Origin: an uncultured bacterium | GTDB lineage: Bacteria > Caldisericota > Caldisericia > B22-G15 | Length of the DNA: 42,188 bases | NCBI GenBank assembly: GCA_965612865.1 | Contig: CBFDTJ010000002.1 | Span: 1-42,188 of the forward strand | Reading direction: 5' to 3' | Shown here: positions 7,830-16,923 of the stretch, one piece after another | Numbering within the stretch: position 1 is the first letter of the stretch | Layout: every line of letters starts with the position of its first letter | Notes under the pieces: model-generated | Told to the model about the DNA's origin: nothing | Database searches by the model: none | What the model saw: only the letters and a program-made list of their open reading frames with translations | Made by a program: the position numbers and the translations under genes

Positions 7830-9110
7830 ATGAGAAAACATGTTCTATTGGGGGTAATTTTCCTGATACTCTTCCTATCTATTAGTGGATCATCTGCCTC
7901 CAGGGAAAGGGTCATTGTTTTGCACATCGAGGGAGAGATAAACCTCGGACTCTCAAAATATGTAGACAGATGCCTCAAAGATATGAATGGTGTGAAGGCT
8001 GTAATTGTTGAGATAGATAGCTTTGGTGGTGCTCTTGATGCTGCAACAAGAATAAGGGATAGAATAATTCACCTTGATATCCCTACCATCGCATGGATTA
8101 AAGGAAGAGCATGGTCAGCAGGAGCCTTGATTGCTCTATCATGTAAAAAGATTGTCTTCTCGTCTGGCGCAAGTATGGGAGCAGCTGAACCAATTCCAAC
8201 CACAGAAAAGACTGTTTCCGCAGTAAGGGGCGAGTTTGAATCCACCTGTGAGGCCAACGGAAGAGATCCAAAAATCGGCGCCTCTATGGTGGATAAAGAG
8301 ATAGAGATTGAGGGAGTCGTTAAAAAGGGAGAACTTCTCACACTCTCCAGTGAAAATGCAAAGAAACTTGGATTCAGTGATTATGAATCCAACAGTTTAG
8401 ATGATATTCTCTCTCATTTTAACTTAAATGAGTTTGAGATTTCTGATCTCTCTCCTTTACCATCTGAGAAGCTTGCTGGGTTTCTCACTTCATCTATTGT
8501 AAGGGAAATTTTACTTATCATCGGTTTCTTAGGATTACTTATAGAAGCAACAACTCCAGGATTTGGAATTCCTGGAACTATGGGACTTGTAGCATTATCT
8601 CTATTTTTTGGAGGGCATATGATAGCAGGAATTGGAAATTGGTTATACACAGTAATGTTTGTGGCAGGGATTGTTCTATTACTCATTGAAATATTTGTCA
8701 TCCCTGGCTTTGGCATAGCAGGAATATCTGGAATCGCCCTTATCTTCATATCCATATTTTTAACCCTTGGTGGTGGAGTGAGTGCAATCTATGCCATGGG
8801 TGTTGTAGTTCTGGTTCTACTTGTATCTTTTCTTGTTCTCCTCTTCTTTTTTCCAAAACTTCCCATATGGAAGAAGCTTGGACTTGCAAGAAGGGAAATG
8901 AAGAAAGAGGGCTATGTTGCCGTCACAGAAAAGAAACACCTTGAAGGTAAAGAAGGAAAAGCCATTACAATGCTAAGACCTTCCGGAGTGGTGGAAATTG
9001 ATGGAAAAAGGTATGATGCTTTAACCGAGGGAGAATTCATTGAAAGAGGGCAAAAGATAGTCGTAACAAGAGTAGAGGGGGGCAAAATTTTTGTAAAAAA
9101 ACTTAAATAA
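7830..9110 (+). CDS. NfeD-family membrane-bound ClpP-class serine protease
   Basis: Signal peptide, then a ClpP/SppA-like domain (VEIDSFGG, GRAWSAGALIA), a multi-TM block, and a C-terminal NfeD OB-fold (LRPSGVVEIDGKRYDALTEGEFIERGQKIVV). Confidence 0.88.
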   Translation: MRKHVLLGVIFLILFLSISGSSASRERVIVLHIEGEINLGLSKYVDRCLKDMNGVKAVIVEIDSFGGALDAATRIRDRIIHLDIPTIAWIKGRAWSAGALIALSCKKIVFSSGASMGAAEPIPTTEKTVSAVRGEFESTCEANGRDPKIGASMVDKEIEIEGVVKKGELLTLSSENAKKLGFSDYESNSLDDILSHFNLNEFEISDLSPLPSEKLAGFLTSSIVREILLIIGFLGLLIEATTPGFGIPGTMGLVALSLFFGGHMIAGIGNWLYTVMFVAGIVLLLIEIFVIPGFGIAGISGIALIFISIFLTLGGGVSAIYAMGVVVLVLLVSFLVLLFFFPKLPIWKKLGLARREMKKEGYVAVTEKKHLEGKEGKAITMLRPSGVVEIDGKRYDALTEGEFIERGQKIVVTRVEGGKIFVKKLK

Positions 9111-9125
9111 ATTCTGGAGGTAGCT

Positions 9126-9938
9126 ATGAAGGTATTTATCTCTGTTGACATGGAGGGAATATCTGGACTTACCCATTGGAAGGAAAAGCAGGAGAGAATT
9201 TCCTTCTTTATGACAGAGGAGCTTCTCTCAGTAATAGAAGGGATACTGGAAGTTGACAGGAAAGCAGAAATTTTAGTCTGCGATTCCCACTCCTTTGGAA
9301 GAAACATAGATGTAGGGAAACTACCAGAGAATGTAAAGCTTGTTTCTGGTTTTCCAAGAGAATTCTACATGGTTCAGGGGATAAACGAAACTTTTGATGC
9401 TGGAATGTTCATAGGATATCACGCTCCAGTGGGAATGAAGAACGCAGAAATGGATCACACATACTCGAGTTCTTCTATATACGAGATAAAGATAAATGGT
9501 ATGGTTGTTGGGGAAACTGAAATAAATGCAGCATTCCTTGGAGAATACTCTGTTCCCGTTGTCCTTATATCTGGAGACGATAAATTAAAAGACTTTTCCC
9601 AGAAAAATCTAAAGGAAACATATTTTGTAGTAACAAAGGAATCTATTGGTAGGTACTCTGCCTTACTTTATCCTGTAGAAAAGGTCCACAGAGAGTTAAA
9701 AGAAAGGGCAAAACTTGTCCTTCAGCAAATTGAAAGAATTAAACCATTTACATTTGAAAAACCGACAAGTATTGAAATAACATTTCTTGATACCATCAAA
9801 GCAGAACTTGCAAGTTTAATCCCAAATTCAAACAGGGTAGATGGAAGAACAATTTCCTTTAAATCAAATTCCTTTAAAGATATATACAGATTCTTGATGT
9901 CTTCAATAGTTATAGCATCTTTTAGTAAGAATCTTTAG
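9126..9938 (+). CDS. Peptidase M55 D-aminopeptidase (DppA family)
   Basis: MKVFISVDMEGISG, CDSHS, FIGYHA and LISGDD align with Bacillus DppA landmarks. SD GGAGGT upstream. Confidence 0.85.
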   Translation: MKVFISVDMEGISGLTHWKEKQERISFFMTEELLSVIEGILEVDRKAEILVCDSHSFGRNIDVGKLPENVKLVSGFPREFYMVQGINETFDAGMFIGYHAPVGMKNAEMDHTYSSSSIYEIKINGMVVGETEINAAFLGEYSVPVVLISGDDKLKDFSQKNLKETYFVVTKESIGRYSALLYPVEKVHRELKERAKLVLQQIERIKPFTFEKPTSIEITFLDTIKAELASLIPNSNRVDGRTISFKSNSFKDIYRFLMSSIVIASFSKNL

Positions 9939-9951
9939 AAAGGAGTAAAGA

Positions 9952-11208
9952 ATGGATTATTTTGTGAAAGATCTCAATCTCAGTGGAGAGGGGAAACTGA
10001 AAATTGAATGGGCAAAAAATGAAATGAAGGTTTTAAACGAAATAAGAAAGAAGTTTACCTCAAAAAAACCCTTTAAAGGAATAAAAATTGGGGCATGTCT
10101 TCATGTAACAAGCGAAACTGCAAATTTAATGATTGCTCTTAAAGAGGCAGGTGCAGAAGTTTATCTTACTGCATCAAACCCTCTCTCAACACAGGATGAT
10201 GTTGCGGCAAGTCTCGTTAAAGATTTTGAAATTCCGGTTTTTGCTGTAAGAGGAGAGGACAAGGAAACATATTACAAAAATATAAAAAGGGTGATTGAAA
10301 AAGGAATAAATATCACCATGGATGATGGAGCTGACCTTGTATCTATGCTTCACTCAAAGATGAGAGACTACCTTAAAGATATAATTGGTGGTACAGAGGA
10401 AACAACTACAGGAGTGATAAGACTGAGAAGTCTTGAGAAGGAAAAGGTACTCTCATACCCGATAATTGCAGTTAATGACGCGAAAACAAAGCACTTCTTT
10501 GATAACAGGTTTGGAACAGGACAGTCAACTATTGACGGAATCCTCAGGGCAACAAACATACTCTTAGCAGGAAAGGTTTTTGTTGTGGCAGGATTTGGTT
10601 TTTGTGGAAGAGGAATTGCAGAAAGAGCAAGGGGAATGGGTGCAAGAGTCATTGTAACAGAGGTAGATCCTGTAAAGGCACTTGAGGCTGCAATGGAGGG
10701 TTTTGAGATTATGAAAATGGAAAAGGCATCTCTAATTGGAGACATCTTTGTAACTGCCACAGGTGACTACCATGTAATAAGATTGGAGCACTTTGAGAAA
10801 ATGAAAGACGGAGTAATCCTTGGAAATTCGGGACACTTCAATGTTGAAATAGATGTTGAAGGCTTAGAAAGGATAAGCAAAGGAAAAAAAGAAATTAGAA
10901 AGAATTTAACTGAATACACACTGAAGAATGGAAAGAGAATCTACCTTGTTGCAGAGGGAAGACTTCTAAATCTTTCTGCAGCAGAAGGTCATCCATCAAG
11001 TGTCATGGATATGAGCTTCTCAAATCAATTTATGTCGGTAAAATTTCTTGTTGAAAATAGAGGGAAACTCGAAAAGAAGGTTTATAATGTTCCAGAGGAT
11101 ATAGACAATGAAATTGCAAGAGTTAAATTAAAAACAATGGGCTTTGAAATAGATGAGTTGACAGATGAGCAGAGGAAGTATCTCTCAAGCTGGGAGATTG
11201 GCACATGA
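9952..11208 (+). CDS. ahcY: Adenosylhomocysteinase
   Basis: [41 protein letters not shown]-binding [13 protein letters not shown], and [11 protein letters not shown]. Confidence 0.95.
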   Translation: MDYFVKDLNLSGEGKLKIEWAKNEMKVLNEIRKKFTSKKPFKGIKIGACLHVTSETANLMIALKEAGAEVYLTASNPLSTQDDVAASLVKDFEIPVFAVRGEDKETYYKNIKRVIEKGINITMDDGADLVSMLHSKMRDYLKDIIGGTEETTTGVIRLRSLEKEKVLSYPIIAVNDAKTKHFFDNRFGTGQSTIDGILRATNILLAGKVFVVAGFGFCGRGIAERARGMGARVIVTEVDPVKALEAAMEGFEIMKMEKASLIGDIFVTATGDYHVIRLEHFEKMKDGVILGNSGHFNVEIDVEGLERISKGKKEIRKNLTEYTLKNGKRIYLVAEGRLLNLSAAEGHPSSVMDMSFSNQFMSVKFLVENRGKLEKKVYNVPEDIDNEIARVKLKTMGFEIDELTDEQRKYLSSWEIGT

Positions 11209-11651
11209 AAACCTTCCCCTCTTCGCCAGCGGTTGGTGTTGGGGTTATTGTGCTTAATAAAGACTCTGTACTTATTGAAAAGAGGGGAAATGATCCAGGA
11301 AGAGGAGGGTGGAATCTTCCAGGTGGTACCCTGAAACTTGGAGAAAAGATATTTGAATGTGCAAAAAGAGAGGTTTTTGAGGAAGCAGGGATAGAGATAG
11401 AACCCATTGGTATTGCAAGTGTTTATGAACTCATAGAAAAAGAGAGCGAAAGAGTTAAATTTCACTATGTAATAATAGATGTTGTGGCAGAGTATCTATC
11501 TGGAGAAATAAGGGTTGGGTCTGATGCTCTTGACTTAAAGTGGATCAAATTAGAAGAGGTAAAAGATTATCCACTTCCTGAAAGGGTAAAGGATGCTATA
11601 GAAAAGGGAAGGAGAATTTTTAAAGGTGGGAAACAAGCCCTTAACAGATAG
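11205..11651 (+). CDS. NUDIX hydrolase
   Basis: Nudix box [29 protein letters not shown] overlap with the ahcY stop. Confidence 0.88.
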   Translation: MKTFPSSPAVGVGVIVLNKDSVLIEKRGNDPGRGGWNLPGGTLKLGEKIFECAKREVFEEAGIEIEPIGIASVYELIEKESERVKFHYVIIDVVAEYLSGEIRVGSDALDLKWIKLEEVKDYPLPERVKDAIEKGRRIFKGGKQALNR

Positions 11652-12219
11652 AGAAAAAGCTATACTTGAATTTATAGTTGAATCTAAAAGAAAAGGAGTG
11701 ACTCCTACTGTAAGGGAAATTGGAGAAAAAGTTGGACTTTCCTCCACAGCTACAGTCTTTTTCTATTTGAGGAAACTTGAGGAAAAGGGTTATATACAAA
11801 GGAAAAGAGGAGCAAGATCAATAATAGTTAAAGATTTATTACCCTCCTCTTTCCCTCTTGTGGGGAAGGTAAAGGCAGGAAAACCAAATCTTGCCGTTCA
11901 AGGTATTGAAGATTATGTCAACCTTCCCATAGATAGAGACCTTCACCCAAATGCATTTCTACTTAAAGTTAGGGGAGATAGCATGAAAGATACAGGGATA
12001 CTGGATAATGACATAGTCGTTGTTGACCCTGATATTGAAGTTAAAGAAAACGACATATGTGTCGCTCTTATAGATGGTGAAGAAGTTACAGTAAAAAGGT
12101 TCAAGATAAAGAAGGGTAAACCATTTTTGTTTCCTGACAATCCAGAATATAAACCAATTAAAATAGATAAAAGAGTAAAGATTATAGGAAAAGTTATAGG
12201 AGTCTGGAGAAGATACTAA
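11626..12219 (+). CDS. lexA: LexA repressor (S24 peptidase)
   Basis: Winged-helix N-domain ([12 protein letters not shown]...VREIGEKVGLSSTATVFFYLRKLEEKGYI), Ala-Gly cleavage site in VKAGKP, catalytic RGDSM and a downstream VKRF lysine. GTG start 11 nt after GGAAGGAG. It overlaps the nudix end. Confidence 0.92.
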   Translation: MGNKPLTDREKAILEFIVESKRKGVTPTVREIGEKVGLSSTATVFFYLRKLEEKGYIQRKRGARSIIVKDLLPSSFPLVGKVKAGKPNLAVQGIEDYVNLPIDRDLHPNAFLLKVRGDSMKDTGILDNDIVVVDPDIEVKENDICVALIDGEEVTVKRFKIKKGKPFLFPDNPEYKPIKIDKRVKIIGKVIGVWRRY

Positions 12220-13439
12220 TCAACCCTCTTTATTTTCATTATTTCAGAAAAAAGTTCAAGTTCTTCTGTATAATCTCCTATTGAAAAAACATGATGGTTT
12301 CCTATAGGTCTTCTCAAGAAGTAATCTGACTTTGCTTTAACTTTCAACACTATCTGGGTTCTACACATCATTTCACTCCTAAGGTTTTTTTCTATCTTTG
12401 CCCTTGCAAAGAATATCCGATCAAGATTATCTCCTCCAATCCTCGTTAGAGTTCCTATGCTTCTGTCAAAAAATCCCTTTATACCAACTCCTTTTCCTGT
12501 TTCAAAGTGAGTCATCAAGGAAAAACTTTTAACCATCTTTAGAGGAACAGTACAGTGAGCAAAGTATAGATCGGCGGTTTCTTCCCCCTCTCTATCAACC
12601 CAGGCAATGTTTCCCATAAAGGCCGGTCTTTCTGTAAGCTTCTCTATTATATACATGGTCAAGGTTGAAGGGATATCTCCTTCACAGCCAGCAGTTATTC
12701 CCTCACTTGTGAGAAGGGATAGTGCAATACAGCCGGTGGTGTCAAGGGGTTTTATGATACTAAAACATTCCATAGAGAGTAGATCCCACCCTCTCTCAAT
12801 GGCAATCTCCTTTGTAACTTTATACACTTTAAGTGCCTTTCTTAGCTCCCTATCATCAATCTCGGTTATTTTAGTAGCTTTCTTCTTCAAATCAATGAGT
12901 ATCTCATCTATATGAGAATCATCACTCCCTTTAACTCTCTCTACAAATTTATTCATGGGGTAAAAGTCAAGCTCTATGCCAAATCTTTCCTCAACCACTT
13001 TCTCACTGGGGGTTGACGCTATGAGCCAGAAACTTGGTTTTCCAATAACTCCCATCTTTTTTCCTTTAATCTCCTCTGTAAGTTTAAGGGTTTTAAGTGA
13101 TCTTACAAGATCCTTTTTTTCACTTTTCTTATCCCATAAGAATATCCTTCCATTTCCTTCAAGGTATGCATTTATCTCAAGTGCTGCTGGAAGAGAGTTA
13201 TTAAACTTATTGGTTATGAATAGATACGGAGGAGAAAACTTCTTGTAAATATTAAGAAACTTTCTCTCGCTTCCCCCTGTAACCACAAGAAAGATAACAA
13301 AATCATAATCCTCTCCCTCTTTAAGCTCTTCCACTTTGATACCCTTTTTCTCAACAAAATCCTTTACCTCTTTGATAAAGGAAACCTCAATGTGTCTTCT
13401 TGTTTCATCAGAACTTAAAGGTATAAGACCTAATCTCAT
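12216..13439 (-). CDS. L-fucose/L-arabinose isomerase-like family protein (COG2407-like), function unknown
   Basis: GCEGDIPSTLTMYI and FAHCTVP motifs, and the overall layout resembles the fucose-isomerase-like family. SD GAGGTGAGGG. The start is 3 nt after the rnhB stop. Confidence 0.6.
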   Translation of the reverse strand: MRLGLIPLSSDETRRHIEVSFIKEVKDFVEKKGIKVEELKEGEDYDFVIFLVVTGGSERKFLNIYKKFSPPYLFITNKFNNSLPAALEINAYLEGNGRIFLWDKKSEKKDLVRSLKTLKLTEEIKGKKMGVIGKPSFWLIASTPSEKVVEERFGIELDFYPMNKFVERVKGSDDSHIDEILIDLKKKATKITEIDDRELRKALKVYKVTKEIAIERGWDLLSMECFSIIKPLDTTGCIALSLLTSEGITAGCEGDIPSTLTMYIIEKLTERPAFMGNIAWVDREGEETADLYFAHCTVPLKMVKSFSLMTHFETGKGVGIKGFFDRSIGTLTRIGGDNLDRIFFARAKIEKNLRSEMMCRTQIVLKVKAKSDYFLRRPIGNHHVFSIGDYTEELELFSEIMKIKRVD

Positions 13440-13442
13440 CCC

Positions 13443-14105
13443 TCACCTCTTATCTAAAAAACTTCTTCTATGATACATTGATAATCCATACTTTTCAATA
13501 GCCTTGAAATGCTTTCTTGTTCCATAGCCTTTGTTTCTATCCCATCCATACTCTTTAAATTCCTCTGATAGCTTTCTCATGATTCTATCCCTTACAACCT
13601 TGGCAACAACTGAAGCAAAAGATATAAGTGAAACCTTCTCGTCTCCTTTTATCATAGAAACAAGAGGAATGCTCTCTGTAAATATTGAATTGCCATCCAC
13701 AACTATAAGTATATTGGATATAAACATTCTCTCTGGAAAAAAAGCCGAGTAATTTTCATAACTTTTTACAGCCTCCTGTAAAAGTTCGTCCAGGGAAATC
13801 ATTTTGTGGGTTTTAACATCCAATTCTTTCTTATATAGAAACGGAAGTGTGGATAGTCTCATTGCTTCAAAAGTGGCTGAAAGTATCCCCTCCCTGTCTA
13901 TGAATTCGTTGGATACAACGCCTACACCAAAAGGGAATCTTTCTTTAAGAAGATAATTGAATATCTCTTCCCTTTCATCTCCTTTTATCTTTTTAGAATC
14001 AGTAATAAAGATTTGCGGTAGGTAAAGAAGAGGAAATGAAGCAGCAACTACTGGACCTGCCAGAGAACCTCTCCCTGCTTCATCAACTCCTACTGGTAGT
14101 TTCAA
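13443..14105 (-). CDS. rnhB: Ribonuclease HII
   Basis: GVDEAGRGSLAGPVVAA, DSKK, VVDGN and SVVAKVVRD motifs. The ATG at 14234 would overlap lepB by ~150 nt in another frame. The in-frame TTG at 14105 (MKLPVGVDEAGRG) is preferred, but the start is uncertain. Confidence 0.82.
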   Translation of the reverse strand: MKLPVGVDEAGRGSLAGPVVAASFPLLYLPQIFITDSKKIKGDEREEIFNYLLKERFPFGVGVVSNEFIDREGILSATFEAMRLSTLPFLYKKELDVKTHKMISLDELLQEAVKSYENYSAFFPERMFISNILIVVDGNSIFTESIPLVSMIKGDEKVSLISFASVVAKVVRDRIMRKLSEEFKEYGWDRNKGYGTRKHFKAIEKYGLSMYHRRSFLDKR

Positions 14106-14628
14106 AGGTTGGATATCCCCTAAGGAGTTTAAAGTGCTTCGGGGGCCAGAATATAAGCTCCGCCCTCCCTTCAAGTTTTTTGATCTCAATGGGACCAAAT
14201 TCCCGTGAATCAAGAGAATTACCCCTATTATCACCCATTAAGAATACCTCTCCCTGAGGTATCTCAATTGGTCCAAATATTCCCGGGGTGGAATTTTTTA
14301 TGTATGGTTCAATCAGTTTCTTCCCATCTATAAATACAAAGCCTCCTTTAATTTCCACCGTTTCCCCCGGAAGACCAATAACTCTTTTTATATAATCTTT
14401 TGATCCATGGGGAGGTTTGAATATTACAACCTCTCCCCTTGCTGGATCTTTGAATCTAAAGATAAATTTATTAACTATAATTATGTCGTTTTCATATATG
14501 GTTGGATTCATAGAAGACATCTGGACTTTGTATGGTTCATAAACATATCTCCTTATAAGATATGCAAGCCCAAAAGCAATAGCAAAGGTTAGAATCCAGC
14601 TTACAACCTCTTTGAAGGTTTTACTCAT
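14083..14628 (-). CDS. lepB: Signal peptidase I
   Basis: SSMNPT (catalytic Ser), YIKRVIGLPGE (Lys box), GDNRGNSLDSR, and an N-terminal TM anchor. Confidence 0.92.
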   Translation of the reverse strand: MSKTFKEVVSWILTFAIAFGLAYLIRRYVYEPYKVQMSSMNPTIYENDIIIVNKFIFRFKDPARGEVVIFKPPHGSKDYIKRVIGLPGETVEIKGGFVFIDGKKLIEPYIKNSTPGIFGPIEIPQGEVFLMGDNRGNSLDSREFGPIEIKKLEGRAELIFWPPKHFKLLRGYPTFETTSRS

Positions 14629-14633
14629 GCATA

Positions 14634-15101
14634 CTATTCCTTAGCTTCTGCCTCTTCTTTTTGTGAAATCTCCTTGGTTTCTTTATTTTCTAAGTTTTCT
14701 TCTGTCTCGGGAGGTTTCTCCACCTTTTCTTCAACAACTTTCTTCTTTTGTTTCTTTACTTTAACTTTCTCCTTAACTCTTGCCTTCTTTCCTCTCAAAC
14801 CTCTTAGATAGTAGAGTTTGGCTCTCTTTACATCTCCAAATCTTACAACTTCAATCTTCTCAATAGTTGGAGCATTCAGCGGGAAAACTTTTTCAACACC
14901 AACTCCAAAGGAGTACTTTCTCACCGTAAAGGTTTCTCTGGTTCCGCTTCCTCTTCTTGCAATGCATATTCCTTCAAATACCTGAATTCTTTCCTTGTTT
15001 CCTTCCTTTATCTTTATATGAACCCTTAAGGTATCGCCAGGTTTAAAATCAGGAATATCATCTCTTAAGAAACTATTCTCAATGAGTCTTATCTCTCTCA
15101 T
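14634..15101 (-). CDS. rplS: 50S ribosomal protein L19 with K/E-rich C-terminal extension
   Basis: [42 protein letters not shown]...[28 protein letters not shown] is canonical L19. About 40 extra C-terminal residues follow. Confidence 0.95.
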   Translation of the reverse strand: MREIRLIENSFLRDDIPDFKPGDTLRVHIKIKEGNKERIQVFEGICIARRGSGTRETFTVRKYSFGVGVEKVFPLNAPTIEKIEVVRFGDVKRAKLYYLRGLRGKKARVKEKVKVKKQKKKVVEEKVEKPPETEENLENKETKEISQKEEAEAKE

Positions 15102-15134
15102 CTTCTATCCTCCTTATAATCCAACTGACAATAA

Positions 15135-15143
15135 ATTATATCA
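15135..15143 (-). promoter_or_regulatory. Extended -10 promoter element (TGaTATAAT) for rplS operon
   Basis: The minus strand reads TGATATAAT. The predicted leader of ~25-30 nt contains AAGGAGGA. Confidence 0.45.
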
Positions 15144-15242
15144 GATTTTTCGTGATAAAACAAAAATATAATACCACAAAAATATAAAAAACCTAATATT
15201 ATATAATAATTAACAGAGAAATCATTTTATAAGGAGTGGGAC

Positions 15243-15743
15243 ATGATGAAGAAAAGATTCAAAAAAATCATTCAGGTGGCAATAGTGGTTGATAATCTGG
15301 ACAGATACCTGAAGATATTCAATGATGAGTATGGGATAGGTCCATGGGAGATCTACTACATAAACAAAGAGACCACAAAAGATATGAAAAGAGATGGAAA
15401 GAAAAGGGAATTTGAATACAAAGTTGCAATGTGCCACCTTGGAGATGTGGAACTTGAGCTTACTCAACCAATAGATGATAATAGTATATACAGTGAGTTC
15501 TTAAAGGAACATGGACCAGGTTTGCACCACATTGGTTTTGAGGTTGACGATTTCGATAAGACTTTAGAGTTTCTAAACAAAAAGGGGATAGTCACAAAAC
15601 AGAGTGGTAATTGGAGAGGCAAGATGTTTGCCCATATGGGAACAGAGAAGGATTTACTCTTTGTACTGGAGATATTTAAAACAGAAAAGGATTATAAACA
15701 CCCAAAGCCAGAAGATACATATCCAAAGGAAGGTGAGAAATGA
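15243..15743 (+). CDS. VOC (glyoxalase/bleomycin-resistance/dioxygenase) family protein
   Basis: VAIVVDNLD...ELELTQP...GPGLHHIGFEVDD pattern of paired beta-alpha-beta-beta-beta modules. SD AAGGAG 6 nt upstream. Confidence 0.78.
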   Translation: MMKKRFKKIIQVAIVVDNLDRYLKIFNDEYGIGPWEIYYINKETTKDMKRDGKKREFEYKVAMCHLGDVELELTQPIDDNSIYSEFLKEHGPGLHHIGFEVDDFDKTLEFLNKKGIVTKQSGNWRGKMFAHMGTEKDLLFVLEIFKTEKDYKHPKPEDTYPKEGEK

Positions 15744-16906
15744 ATTTATTTGAAGAGGTAAAAAGCTTAGAGGAGGAATTGATAAAACACAGGAGAAATC
15801 TTCACAGGATACCAGAAACAGGCCTTCACCTTCCAGAAACCAAAGAATACATAAAAAGGGAACTTGAGGGGTTGGGATTAAAAATAGTGGAGAGTAAAAC
15901 CACATCTGGTATTATGGGGATACTTGAAAATGGGAGTGGGAAGGTCCTTGCCGTAAGATCAGATATGGACGCTCTTCCAATAAGAGAAAAAACTGGGCTT
16001 CTCTTCGCTTCAACAAATGGAAATATGCATGCCTGTGGTCACGATGCTCATATGGCTATAGTTCTAACTGTTGCAAAGATTTTAAAAAATCATAGAGATA
16101 GGATAAATGGAGTTGTAAAGTTTATCTTTCAGCCTGGAGAGGAGAAAGAAGGAGGTGCAAAGTATCTTGTTGAGGAAGGATTTCTTAAAGAGCCTGATGT
16201 TGATGTAATTTTAGGAATACATGTGGGAAATTTTATAGAGGAAATTGATAATGGTCAGATTGGACTTTTTAAGGGTCCTTTTATGGCTTCCCTTGATAGG
16301 TTCACCCTTACTGTAGAGGGTAAAGGTGCTCATGGTGCAACACCTCACAAAGGCATAGATCCTATAACCATATCTTCATACATAATAAATGGGTTTCAGA
16401 GTATTGTCTCAAGGGAAAATGAAGTCTTTAAACCCCTTGTAATAAGTATTGGCAAAATAAAAGGGGGTACAGCTTACAATGTTATTCCAGATATTGTGGA
16501 AATAGAAGGAACTGTTAGAACCCTTGATGAAGAAACAAGAAAGTTTGTGGCCAGGAGAATGGAGGAGGTATCAACATATATAGCCAGAAGTTTTAGAGGA
16601 GAATCAAAGTTCACATACCATTTTGGCTATCCTGTAGTTGTAAATGATGAGGAAATAACAGAGGATTTTTATAAGAAAACTCTTAAAGTTCTTCCAGAAA
16701 GTGATGTTGTGTTCTTAAAGAAACCAACAATGGTTGGAGAGGATTTTTCCTACTATCTTAAAGAGGTAAGGGGAACATACTTCTTTCTTTCAAGTAAAGG
16801 AAAAAATCCATATCCACACCATAATCCAAAATTTGACATAGATGAAAGTGTCTTGTGGAAAGGAGTTCTTTCAATATCAAACTATATAATGGAAACATTA
16901 GGGTAG
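15740..16906 (+). CDS. M20 family amidohydrolase (N-acyl-L-amino acid amidohydrolase/hippuricase type)
   Basis: HRRNLHRIPE, RSDMDALP, HACGHDAHM, GGAKY and GEDFSYY motifs. ATGA overlap with the upstream VOC gene. Confidence 0.9.
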   Translation: MNLFEEVKSLEEELIKHRRNLHRIPETGLHLPETKEYIKRELEGLGLKIVESKTTSGIMGILENGSGKVLAVRSDMDALPIREKTGLLFASTNGNMHACGHDAHMAIVLTVAKILKNHRDRINGVVKFIFQPGEEKEGGAKYLVEEGFLKEPDVDVILGIHVGNFIEEIDNGQIGLFKGPFMASLDRFTLTVEGKGAHGATPHKGIDPITISSYIINGFQSIVSRENEVFKPLVISIGKIKGGTAYNVIPDIVEIEGTVRTLDEETRKFVARRMEEVSTYIARSFRGESKFTYHFGYPVVVNDEEITEDFYKKTLKVLPESDVVFLKKPTMVGEDFSYYLKEVRGTYFFLSSKGKNPYPHHNPKFDIDESVLWKGVLSISNYIMETLG

Positions 16907-16923
16907 GGAATTCCCTACCCTAA
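16898..16923. terminator. Perfect 26-bp palindrome between convergent M20 and livF genes (putative bidirectional terminator/hairpin)
   Basis: TTAGGGTAGGGAA|TTCCCTACCCTAA contains the M20 TAG stop and ends 1 nt before the livF stop. There are no strong flanking T-runs, so terminator function is uncertain. Confidence 0.45.

Noticed and set aside
15102-15242. Possible L19 leader, riboswitch or T-box elements in the 5' regions of rplS, livJ, ahcY and the C25 operon
   Set aside because: Predicted leaders are only ~15-65 nt. They contain no conserved riboswitch cores or specifier/antiterminator structures that I could recognise.
16898-16923. 26-bp perfect palindrome with a central GAATTC, as a mobile-element end or protein-binding site
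   Set aside because: It is a single copy, sits exactly between convergent stop codons, and is GC-rich stem-like. A transcript-end hairpin is the simplest explanation.
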